A program made the position numbers and the translations under genes. The notes beneath the pieces were generated by a model. That model was given only the letters and a program-made list of their open reading frames with translations. It made no database searches and was not told where the DNA came from. DNA of 32,000 nt, taken from positions 1 through 32,000 of the forward strand of contig DAOVER010000023.1 in the NCBI GenBank assembly GCA_030668875.1. Direction: 5' to 3'. This stretch comes from Candidatus Heimdallarchaeota archaeon. Lineage in GTDB: Archaea; Asgardarchaeota; Heimdallarchaeia; Heimdallarchaeales; Heimdallarchaeaceae. Positions 8,272 to 16,879 of the stretch are shown here, piece by piece. The first letter of the stretch is position 1; the number at the start of each line of letters is the position of its first letter.

Positions 8272-10362
8272 TTACTGTTCCTTAAAGTTTGTTTGAATAA
8301 TATCACTATAAACAAGTTTTGGTCCAAACAGCAATTCTACTTCCTTATCAATATAAGTGCTAAGTTCTAGAGACAAATCCCCATAATATTGTTTAGGAAT
8401 TTCAGTTTTAGACATTTTATCTGTTAATTGATGTATTTTTCTTCTGAGTGAAAATGAGTCATGTGCTGAAATGGCAACGGAACTGAAGCCTTTAGGATGA
8501 GCCTCTATTATTATTTTATAATTACCATAGGTTATCACCAGTACTTGACTCTTCTGTTTTTCGAATAATTCTGAAAGCATGTCTCTGATTGCAACAATAA
8601 AACCTCCGAATAATAGTTGATCTTTTACTGTACGTTTTGATATAACGAAGGATCTTAGTGGTATTCCAGATCTGTGTAATATAATAAGGGCTAAGGGTGC
8701 TATTTCAATTTGAACATGAGGTTTCTGCATATAACGTAAACCAATGTCTTCTAAGTTATAAACATCTGTTCTGAATGGTTCATTGACCCACTCATAACTT
8801 GAGAGTTCCTCGCGATTCTCAAGACTGCTTAAATCTTCTAGATACCTGTCAACCATTTTCATTAAGTGTTTATTTTTGTGATGCTGGAGTAAGTCACGAG
8901 CTTTCTGTAAACTATTGAATGAATTAGAATAGTCTTGTTTAATTGCGAAAATTTTTCCTTCGAGAAGACGCAAAGCTACCTGTTCTTTAATTAATTTGCT
9001 TTCAATGAAATAAGGTAATATGTGGCTGATGTTATGAATAGCTAAATCTAGTTCATCAATATTCTTTTCCACATCATATTTATTGATATTTAGTAAAAGT
9101 GTATTCATCAAAATTTTTGCAGACAATTCACCTCTTCCTTGACGATCTGCCATTCTTAATGCTTTTGAGAATAGTTCGCTTGCCTTACCGAAATTAAGTT
9201 TCTTCACGTTATTTAAACCCTTAAGAAATAGTATGTAAGCTTCAATTATTGACGAAGGTGAGCCTCTGATTTCTTCTTCCAGATTTTTTATGAGAATCTC
9301 AAAATCACTTACTCTTCCTGTTTGAAGGTATAGTTCGGTCAGTATACAATATTGGTAGGTTTCCTTTAAGTTTAGTTTTTCTACTATGTTTAGAGCTTCC
9401 TGATATTTTTCAATCGCTTCTTCATAATTCCCTCTTTCAATATCAATGTTCCCTAAACTTTTAATGGAAAGAGCAGTAAAACGGTTTTCTTCTAAATTCC
9501 TGAAAGTTTCTAATATTTCAAGGTAAATTGATTCTGCTTCATCTAACTTGCCTTGTATGACACATATTGTACCGAGATTCCCTTTAGTTGCAGATAGTAA
9601 ACTCTCATTTCCTGTTTCTTTGAAAAGAGCAATAGCTTTATTGGAATATTTAATTGAATCATCAATTTTTCCCGAGTCTCTTTGTAAAAGAGCCATTAAA
9701 TAATAAAACGAACCTAGATGGTTTCTTTCGCCTAAATCTGTAGCAATTTGTAATGCGACACTTATTTTATTCTCAAGTTTAATCTTCTCGTCTGAAAATC
9801 GATTAAGAATGAAATTATCTTTATGTGCTTCTAGAAGAATATCGTTAATTATTGGTTTATCTTCTGCAGATAGTTTAGGAGAAGTGAGAGAATCTTCAAA
9901 TAACTCGTTAAGATAAATTTTACATTGTTCATGATTTCCAAGGTTAAGATACCCATTTGCAATAGATCTTAAACTATGTAACTTGAAACAGAGACGAATA
10001 CCCTCTTTATTGTATATCACAGAAGCTTTCTTGATTGCCTCTTCACTCAGTCCTCTTCTAAGCAACAATCTAATTTTCCATAAAGCAAAACCTTGATATG
10101 AGAATTCTTCTTCAAGAGCATCAAGAGTGTCGTAATCTGAATTAAAAAATAGTATTTTACCGAGAGCAAAAACTAGAAAATCAGAGGGTTTAGGAAGATT
10201 CGGGAACAAATCTATTACATAATCACGCACTTTAACTAGTGAATCATCAATTTGGAAGCTTTTCTCTTGGTTTTTAAGGATATTTTGTTCTTCCGAAGAC
10301 ATTTTTGGAATATAAATAGCAAACTCCTTTGGAAAACCAACTTTGCTCTTCTTATCTTTCAT
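8272..10362 (-). CDS. TPR-repeat protein with C-terminal longin-like domain
   Basis: About 40-aa TPR repeats 'KGNLGTICVIQGKLDEAESIY' and 'KSLGNIDIERGNYEEAIEKYQEAL'; C-terminal 'LIILHRSGIPLRS...DQLLFGGFIVAIRDML'. ATG at 10362 preferred; a TTG alternative lies at 10371. Confidence 0.8.
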   Translation of the reverse strand: MKDKKSKVGFPKEFAIYIPKMSSEEQNILKNQEKSFQIDDSLVKVRDYVIDLFPNLPKPSDFLVFALGKILFFNSDYDTLDALEEEFSYQGFALWKIRLLLRRGLSEEAIKKASVIYNKEGIRLCFKLHSLRSIANGYLNLGNHEQCKIYLNELFEDSLTSPKLSAEDKPIINDILLEAHKDNFILNRFSDEKIKLENKISVALQIATDLGERNHLGSFYYLMALLQRDSGKIDDSIKYSNKAIALFKETGNESLLSATKGNLGTICVIQGKLDEAESIYLEILETFRNLEENRFTALSIKSLGNIDIERGNYEEAIEKYQEALNIVEKLNLKETYQYCILTELYLQTGRVSDFEILIKNLEEEIRGSPSSIIEAYILFLKGLNNVKKLNFGKASELFSKALRMADRQGRGELSAKILMNTLLLNINKYDVEKNIDELDLAIHNISHILPYFIESKLIKEQVALRLLEGKIFAIKQDYSNSFNSLQKARDLLQHHKNKHLMKMVDRYLEDLSSLENREELSSYEWVNEPFRTDVYNLEDIGLRYMQKPHVQIEIAPLALIILHRSGIPLRSFVISKRTVKDQLLFGGFIVAIRDMLSELFEKQKSQVLVITYGNYKIIIEAHPKGFSSVAISAHDSFSLRRKIHQLTDKMSKTEIPKQYYGDLSLELSTYIDKEVELLFGPKLVYSDIIQTNFKEQ

Positions 10363-10443
10363 CTCTTTCAAATAGATTATACATTATTGAATAATAAATA
10401 TATCTTCTTTCCGAATCTACTAATTAAAAATTCAAAAGGGATT

Positions 10444-12480
10444 TTAACTTCTAATACCAAATAAGTTCCTTACCAAAGAATCTATTTCAAAAGCTAGTGT
10501 TTCTGCCAAATCACCTTTGAATTTTTCTTTAAATAATCCCTTAACTGATAGGTGTTTGACCAATCTATGCATTTTTCGTCTTAACATATAGCTGTCTCTT
10601 AAAGCAATAACTACCACAGAGAAGACATTCGAATAAAACTCGATTAGTAGTTTGTATTGTCCATGATCTATCGAGAGAACTCCATGTTTCTGATCCATAA
10701 ACAACTCGTTCATCAAGTGCCTGATGGCAGATACAAAACCTCCAAAAAGAAGATCATCTGTAACACGAACTTCTTCTGATAGATATGTTCGTATTGGAAT
10801 TCCACTAGAATGGAATAATAGAACTGCAATTGGTTTTTCTCCCTTTGGCGCGGCTAATTTCTTCGATTCTTTACGAAGTATTGTTGTAATAGAGTCAATA
10901 TCTTCGATGAATTCTACTAACCCTGTATCTATTATTGTATCAACATCACTTTCAATTGCGTTTTTCACTAGATTTATTTTCTCTTTATAATTTTCTACTA
11001 ATAATGGTGTATAGGTTCTTGCTAGTTTTTCTCCACTCTTTAACAGAAAGAGAGCTGTTTCAAAATCTAAAACTATTATTTTGATTTTTGATCTTATATA
11101 ATATATCAAAGAAAGAGATTCATATTTTGCTTTCTCTTCCAGGTAGGTTATAATGTCTTCCAGACACTTATCAGCTTCGATTAGCTCTTCTAAATTAAGT
11201 GTTAGTGTATACTTCTTGAGGAATACAACTGATAACAACACTAGCGTTTTAGAACTTAATATCTCGTTTCCTAATTCATCTGATAGAAGCATAGCATTTT
11301 GTAGGAAATCTTGAGCATTACCATAATTGTTTTTCTTATATTCAAGAAATCCTAAGAGGAATAAGAAAAACGCTTTCTGTGTGGGAGATAGTTGCTTTTT
11401 CCACTCTTTTTCTATTTGTGCCAAAATTGATTCTACTAGAGAAGCATCATTTAAGTAGAGAAGAATTTCAGCATATTTCATTTGCATAAACAGGTCCTTA
11501 AATTTCCCTTTATCTATAATCTGCAGAACCTTTTCCATTTCAGTTTTAGCTTTCTCAAACTCTTCCTTAGCAAAATGAACATCCGCAAAACTAGCATGAA
11601 GAATATAAAGTGATCTATAATCATTTTTCCATTCTTTTACAATAGAATAACTCTTGTTATACCAGAACATGGCTTCATCTAGATGACCCATTTGTAAATA
11701 AATGTCACCAATACTTCCTGCCACATGACCTAGTAATCTATCCATTTTGATTTCTTTTGCAATTGCTTCACTTTTTAGAAATATCTGGTGAGCGATTTGA
11801 AAACTTCCTCTCTCTAACTCGATTATACCAATTGTATTGTTAATTTGTGCTTGTACAATTCTATCATTCAAAGCTTGATTCAAGTTTAAACATTCTTTTG
11901 TTTTATCTCTTGCCATTGAGAGAATGTAAGTGGAACGAAGGTAGTAAGCGTCCATTTCCAACATATATATTTGAATCAATTTGTATAAATCACCACTATA
12001 TTCAATTTCTTGAGGATATCGAACAAGTAAAAAGTTGAAACAATTTTCTCTATTCTCAAGATATTTTGAGAAATTTTGTGATAGAAAACCTTGAATTGCC
12101 TCTACATAAAAAGTAAATGCGAGTAAAATGGAATGACTTAGTTTTTCTGATAATTCTAGAATTAGAGAGTTATATTGTTCAACTTTTCCTTCATATATGA
12201 GTATTAGGGCATACCACAACCCCATCCCAGTAGTTTGTTTTTTCATATAAAGGGAAGTAATTTCGCTGAATTTTGCTCTGTGGTAAAGTATTCTTCCCAG
12301 AAGAAAACAAAATGAGTCTGTAGTTTCTTTTTTCTCATTTCGTATATTTCTCATTGCATTTTCAATAACTTCAAGATCAGCATTAGCTGTTAGCTTGTCA
12401 GATTTCAGTATCCTCTCCTTTTCATCATCTGATAAAGTGGGAAATATTGAAAGTATTTCTGGTGGGAGGACACTTTTCAT
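10444..12480 (-). CDS. TPR-repeat protein with C-terminal longin-like domain
   Basis: TPRs 'NNTIGIIELERGSFQIAHQIF' and 'AGSIGDIYLQMGHLDEAMFWY'; C-terminal 'VLLFHSSGIPIRT...DDLLFGGFVSAIRHLM'; GGTGA RBS upstream (CTCACC on the + strand). Confidence 0.8.
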   Translation of the reverse strand: MKSVLPPEILSIFPTLSDDEKERILKSDKLTANADLEVIENAMRNIRNEKKETTDSFCFLLGRILYHRAKFSEITSLYMKKQTTGMGLWYALILIYEGKVEQYNSLILELSEKLSHSILLAFTFYVEAIQGFLSQNFSKYLENRENCFNFLLVRYPQEIEYSGDLYKLIQIYMLEMDAYYLRSTYILSMARDKTKECLNLNQALNDRIVQAQINNTIGIIELERGSFQIAHQIFLKSEAIAKEIKMDRLLGHVAGSIGDIYLQMGHLDEAMFWYNKSYSIVKEWKNDYRSLYILHASFADVHFAKEEFEKAKTEMEKVLQIIDKGKFKDLFMQMKYAEILLYLNDASLVESILAQIEKEWKKQLSPTQKAFFLFLLGFLEYKKNNYGNAQDFLQNAMLLSDELGNEILSSKTLVLLSVVFLKKYTLTLNLEELIEADKCLEDIITYLEEKAKYESLSLIYYIRSKIKIIVLDFETALFLLKSGEKLARTYTPLLVENYKEKINLVKNAIESDVDTIIDTGLVEFIEDIDSITTILRKESKKLAAPKGEKPIAVLLFHSSGIPIRTYLSEEVRVTDDLLFGGFVSAIRHLMNELFMDQKHGVLSIDHGQYKLLIEFYSNVFSVVVIALRDSYMLRRKMHRLVKHLSVKGLFKEKFKGDLAETLAFEIDSLVRNLFGIRS

Positions 12481-12614
12481 TAGTTTCTAATCTCACCGCA
12501 TATTAAAAAATTTGCCGAATATACAACCAAATTGATCATTCAATAAGCCTACAATTAGCTGATTAATAACAGAAGACATTTTATAGCAGAAAAAGGATTT
12601 GTGATTGAGTTTTA

Positions 12615-14633
12615 ATGGCACCTAGTTCCATGAAATACCAACTTCAGAGTATTCTTAATAGACTCAATAAGTTGGGAATTTCTGAAAATGAATCTAAATC
12701 ATTGCTATTGAAACTCTATATCCTCAAAAAATATGAGCTTCTATCAGAAAAACATAAAGAAAATGATTTTGTATCTCTTGAACAACTCATTAAAGAAGGA
12801 GTCCCATATATTTTTCATTTCTATCAAAAAATGGAGAGTTTTTTCGTTTCCAAAGTTTTGATATCAAAGGATATAATAGAGTTAATATTGAATATAGATA
12901 CCATTGAATCAACCCATGATTTCTTTTCCATTTTACAAGCAGATGCTAAACAAAAGGAAATTGGGCAGTATTTTACTTCTAAGAAAACAATTAATAAAAT
13001 TACCAACGAAATATTTTCTGATAAACTCACATCAAATGGGATGCATTCAGTAATTGATTTTTCTGCAGGGTTAGGCGATTTCATAAACCCCTTAATGAAA
13101 AAGACTGAACTCACCATCTATGCACTTGAATTGGATAAGCTTTCGTATGAGTATTGTATCTTTAGTTTAATCTTTAATCCAAAATTATCAAAACAGAGAA
13201 AATGTTCTCTCTTATTGACAATAAGGAATGGAGATGCAATTTCAGGTTTCGATGAGAAAGTTTTTTCGGATTTGTGTAAGAACATTAAAGCAAAAAAGTT
13301 GTTGCGAGAGTATTTAGCTTTAAGACATAATTTAGTCTATAAGACAAATTTGTTCCTTGAAGAAGACATTATCAAAGTTTTTTCGATTAGAAAACAAATA
13401 GGGAATATAGATAAGAGGTTCAAGAAATTTAATTGGTTCATTGATTTTCCTGAAAAATTTCTAGATTATGAAATGAATTTTACTGAGGAGAATTACTTTG
13501 ATTTTATCGTTGGGAACCCTCCTTGGATAATTTATGGCTCGTTCTTGAAGAAGGAGTATCTATCAATATTGTCCTCTACACCCTTCTCGAGGTATTTATA
13601 CGGAAAATATAACTTTTCACTTCCATTTTTGATTCTTGCCCTACGATTAACGAAGAAGAAGGGAGCTTTAGTCCTTCCTCAAGGAATAGTTTCTGAATCT
13701 TATGGAAAGAAAGTAAGGGAGAAATTAATAGAAGAGAAACTGCTTACAAAAATAGAGTTGTGTGAATCCAAACTATTCGAGAGAGTAGTAAATGATTATT
13801 GTGTAATCTATTGGAATAAAGAGAATAATGATGACACTTTCCAAATACAGGACAACAAAAATCAGAAAACTATTCAAGTTTCTTTTGCTTCTATAGTACA
13901 TTCCCATTACAAAATACCACTATTACCTACTAAATATTCTGCTCTAATCAAGAAGATAAGCTCAAAATCAGTTTTACTTAGAGACATTATATTTGTAAGA
14001 AGGGGATTGACTCTAACTAAGAAGTATCAGCAATCCTATTCAGAAGTTGATAATAAAAACTGTAACATTGAACAAAAAAGGCTCATAAAACACAATGCCT
14101 TCAAATCACAGAAGAAAGAGGGAGTAATGAATTTTCTGGTATTCTACGATGGTGACAAATTTGTTTATGATCGAGAATTATTAGGGGCACCTGGAGATTT
14201 CTCTCTTTTTGAAAGAAAAAAGATTATTCGAAGGAATCGTGGAAGAAAGTGGTATATAGGGTTAGATATGTCAAAGGAAATCTACGTTAATGATATTTTT
14301 GACATAATATACTCAAAAGAAGAGACAGTCTCCTTAAAAGCTCTGTTTGGCTATTTATCTTCATCATTAGTTCAGTACCTAGCAGAGTATTTTATTCAAA
14401 GAGATATTACTTCTAATGTTGTTAGAGAATTACCATTTCCAAACTTCAGTTCGAGTGATCTATTAGTTTTGGATCAATTAGTGGGTCAATGGTTAAATTC
14501 AACTAAGAGTGAGGAAGAGTTTCTGAAAATGAGAAGAGAGATAGACAAAATAGTATACCAAATTTATGATTTGAACAAGGAAGAATCAGATTTGGTTAAT
14601 TCAAGCAGCAAATATAATTGGAAGTATGAATAA
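12615..14633 (+). CDS. Amino-DNA methyltransferase (N6-A/N4-C, gamma class, Eco57I/TaqI-like) with C-terminal target-recognition domain; no nuclease domain evident
   Basis: 'IGQYFTSK'; motif I variant 'VIDFSAGLGDF'; motif IV 'FDFIVGNPPW'; TaqI_C-like tail 'LFGYLSSSLVQY...VRELPFP...IDKIVYQIYDL'. Confidence 0.85.
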   Translation: MAPSSMKYQLQSILNRLNKLGISENESKSLLLKLYILKKYELLSEKHKENDFVSLEQLIKEGVPYIFHFYQKMESFFVSKVLISKDIIELILNIDTIESTHDFFSILQADAKQKEIGQYFTSKKTINKITNEIFSDKLTSNGMHSVIDFSAGLGDFINPLMKKTELTIYALELDKLSYEYCIFSLIFNPKLSKQRKCSLLLTIRNGDAISGFDEKVFSDLCKNIKAKKLLREYLALRHNLVYKTNLFLEEDIIKVFSIRKQIGNIDKRFKKFNWFIDFPEKFLDYEMNFTEENYFDFIVGNPPWIIYGSFLKKEYLSILSSTPFSRYLYGKYNFSLPFLILALRLTKKKGALVLPQGIVSESYGKKVREKLIEEKLLTKIELCESKLFERVVNDYCVIYWNKENNDDTFQIQDNKNQKTIQVSFASIVHSHYKIPLLPTKYSALIKKISSKSVLLRDIIFVRRGLTLTKKYQQSYSEVDNKNCNIEQKRLIKHNAFKSQKKEGVMNFLVFYDGDKFVYDRELLGAPGDFSLFERKKIIRRNRGRKWYIGLDMSKEIYVNDIFDIIYSKEETVSLKALFGYLSSSLVQYLAEYFIQRDITSNVVRELPFPNFSSSDLLVLDQLVGQWLNSTKSEEEFLKMRREIDKIVYQIYDLNKEESDLVNSSSKYNWKYE

Positions 14634-14675
14634 TATACAAATTTGTTAAGAACCTTAATTTCAACTGGAATAAGC

Positions 14676-14690
14676 ATCACAATTTGTGAT
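14676..14690. promoter_or_regulatory. Perfect palindrome ATCACAA-T-TTGTGAT, candidate operator
   Basis: 7-bp arms with a 1-nt spacer, intergenic, upstream of TATA-like TTTATAC (14737-14743) of the hydrolase gene. Confidence 0.45.
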
Positions 14691-14766
14691 TTCAAGACCG
14701 AAATTACCAAATCTATTTTTTTTCTTAAAATAACTATTTATACTAAAAAATATACCCTTCTTCATT

Positions 14767-15633
14767 ATGCGTAGACCAGTGAAAGAATACTTTTTAGAGA
14801 ATGAAGCTGATAAGATTTTTGTTAATCTAGAAAATAGAGCCAAACTACGAGTGTTATTTTTTTCAGCTAAAAATTCCTCTGATCTAAGTATGAACATCAT
14901 CTATTATTCAGGTTATAATTCCTATCTTTTTGCATGGTTTGAATCAGTTGAAGTACTTCGAAAGAATCACAACATTTACTTCATTGAAACAAGAGAGAAA
15001 GAATTTTCTTTCTTACCAGAAAATGATAAAAGATATGACATTTATAGTCTTGCAGAAGATTTTAACCTAGTATTAAAAGAACTAGATCTTCCTTTAGAAA
15101 CATGTGTTTTTACAGGTTCATCTATTGCATCAAATGCTGTTCTTTATGCAATGAGTAGTTATTCAATCAAGCCTTTCGTTGCTGTTCTAGCAACTCCTCA
15201 AATAGAGATGAGAGCAAATCCTCTAGCATCAAAATGGGCTAGAGCAGTTCCTCGTTGGTTTGCTATTTCCTTAAAACCGCTAACAAGATTAATTAGCAGA
15301 TTTGTTTTTCGAAAAGATAAGAAACACTATCAGAGCTTTTCACATGCAATAAGCAGAATGTTTTCAAAATATCATTTTGAATGGTTGAAAACAGCACCAA
15401 TAATGGATGATTATTACATGGAAAATGATAGTTTCGACAATATTTCATCCCCTTTAGTTATTATTTGTCCTGAAGATGATCCAGTACATGATAAGTTACT
15501 TATTCAAAAAATCAAAGAGTTTTTACCAAAAGCTAAAATTCAGAATGTTCCATTAAATTCAGATACACACAATGAAACCCTTGCAGAGATCATCGACAAT
15601 GCGTTAACTAAATTAAAAGAAAGCAATCTTTGA
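14767..15633 (+). CDS. Alpha/beta-hydrolase fold protein
   Basis: 'IIYYSGY'; 'IYFIETRE'; nucleophile elbow 'FTGSSIAS'; 'LVIICPEDDPV'; late His 'DTHNE'. Confidence 0.7.
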   Translation: MRRPVKEYFLENEADKIFVNLENRAKLRVLFFSAKNSSDLSMNIIYYSGYNSYLFAWFESVEVLRKNHNIYFIETREKEFSFLPENDKRYDIYSLAEDFNLVLKELDLPLETCVFTGSSIASNAVLYAMSSYSIKPFVAVLATPQIEMRANPLASKWARAVPRWFAISLKPLTRLISRFVFRKDKKHYQSFSHAISRMFSKYHFEWLKTAPIMDDYYMENDSFDNISSPLVIICPEDDPVHDKLLIQKIKEFLPKAKIQNVPLNSDTHNETLAEIIDNALTKLKESNL

Positions 15634-15671
15634 TTGCTTTTTATATTAATTTAATCAATATACTTCTGAGA

Positions 15672-16190
15672 ATGACTATCAGTAACTTGGAACTACAATC
15701 TTTTACACACGAATTGGACGAAATTGATACTAAAAGTATTTATGATAACCTTTACTTTGTTGCTTCATTATTTGATGAGATATCAGGACCTTTGGTCATT
15801 TACAACAATTCCCCCTTAGATGCACACATTATAGAAAAACTGAATCTCAGAGTTTTTAGTTTTCTCATGCAAGGGTCAGAATTTGGTCCTGACAATTTCG
15901 CAAAACTTCGAGGTATAGTCCATATTCCTCAAACAAATTACTATACCTCTGCAATCGATATCTTGGTTAGGAAAAATGAATCTAATAGCTTAACTACTGT
16001 TTTTGTTCCTCTGTTAATATATATGATATTTCCAAAAGAAGATATTGTGGTATATGCAAAAATTATTGATGAAATTGAGCAATTTATCTCAAGATACTGG
16101 GAAAGAGGAATGATAGGATCACCTGATATTAGAGATGTGGAGCTTCTAATAAGAAAATTACAAAGAAGAATATATTCTATCAATAAATAA
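15672..16190 (+). CDS. Small stand-alone uDENN/longin-like protein
   Basis: 'YFVASLFDEISGPLVIYNNSP' matches the F(D/S)xxxGP beta-hairpin signature of uDENN-type longins and is followed by a helix and strands. ATG at 15672 preferred; the track's TTG at 15630 overlaps the hydrolase stop. Confidence 0.6.
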   Translation: MTISNLELQSFTHELDEIDTKSIYDNLYFVASLFDEISGPLVIYNNSPLDAHIIEKLNLRVFSFLMQGSEFGPDNFAKLRGIVHIPQTNYYTSAIDILVRKNESNSLTTVFVPLLIYMIFPKEDIVVYAKIIDEIEQFISRYWERGMIGSPDIRDVELLIRKLQRRIYSINK

Positions 16191-16383
16191 AGTCTTTTTT
16201 CAGTGATTTATATACCCCTATAAAACAGAGAAATACTTCATTAATTATTTATTTACATAGAAAACAAACAATGGTCTTTATTCAATCATGTATTAGATTT
16301 ACTTTAATGCATTACGTATTTATACAAAGAATCCATTAAGTAAAGGATTGCCACAGTTTTTTTTCGCAGGTTTGTGCTATCTA

Positions 16384-16584
16384 TTATTGTCGATTCAGCT
16401 GTTCTTTCTCTTTTATCTTGGAATAAGAAGGTATTTCCCCATTATAATACTCCTTTGCCAGAAATTCTGCTAGGGCATCTCTCACCAGTTCACTGCGGGA
16501 TCTGTAATTCTCTACAGACATCATCTCGTTCATCCATTTTATCATCGAATCTGTTACTTTGAAGGTGATTAATCTTTTTTTCAT
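16384..16584 (-). CDS. Ribbon-helix-helix (CopG/NikR-N-like) transcriptional regulator
   Basis: N-terminal strand 'RLITFKVT', helix, then 'YRSRSELVRDALAEFL'. Confidence 0.85.
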   Translation of the reverse strand: MKKRLITFKVTDSMIKWMNEMMSVENYRSRSELVRDALAEFLAKEYYNGEIPSYSKIKEKEQLNRQ

Positions 16585-16648
16585 CAGTTGACCTCTAATA
16601 GTTACTATAAACTCTACTGACCTATCTTATATACTTTTTGTCGGCAGA

Positions 16649-16673
16649 TACCTAGGTAATATCGGGGTATTAC
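16649..16673. promoter_or_regulatory. Overlapping palindromes upstream of the RHH gene (TACCTAGGTA; GTAATA-N6-TATTAC)
   Basis: Both inverted repeats are directly visible, just upstream of the minus-strand TATA-like TATATAAG near 16625-16632. Confidence 0.35.
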
Positions 16674-16879
16674 ATATTTGGTGAAATATTTGTTCAAAAA
16701 AGGAAAAGTCGGATACAATAAGGAATGATTTTGATAAATATGTACTAAAAATATGAGATATATGATGAAAAGTCATATCAAATCACTGTTTGATAACCTA
16801 ATTCCAGCAACAAATAGAAAAAAAGCAGTTTAGCTAACAAAAAATAGAACAGAAATAATAAATCAGATTTCTACTAGAA

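Noticed and set aside
12615-16190. MTase + hydrolase + small ORF as a novel anti-phage defence operon
   Set aside because: The hydrolase has its own TATA-like promoter, no nuclease or ATPase effector is present, and the small ORF looks uDENN-like; only proximity supports the idea.
16760-16778. ATATGA-N7-TCATAT inverted repeat; similarly ATTATT-G-AATAAT near 10383-10395
   Set aside because: Short AT-only arms are expected by chance at this base composition.
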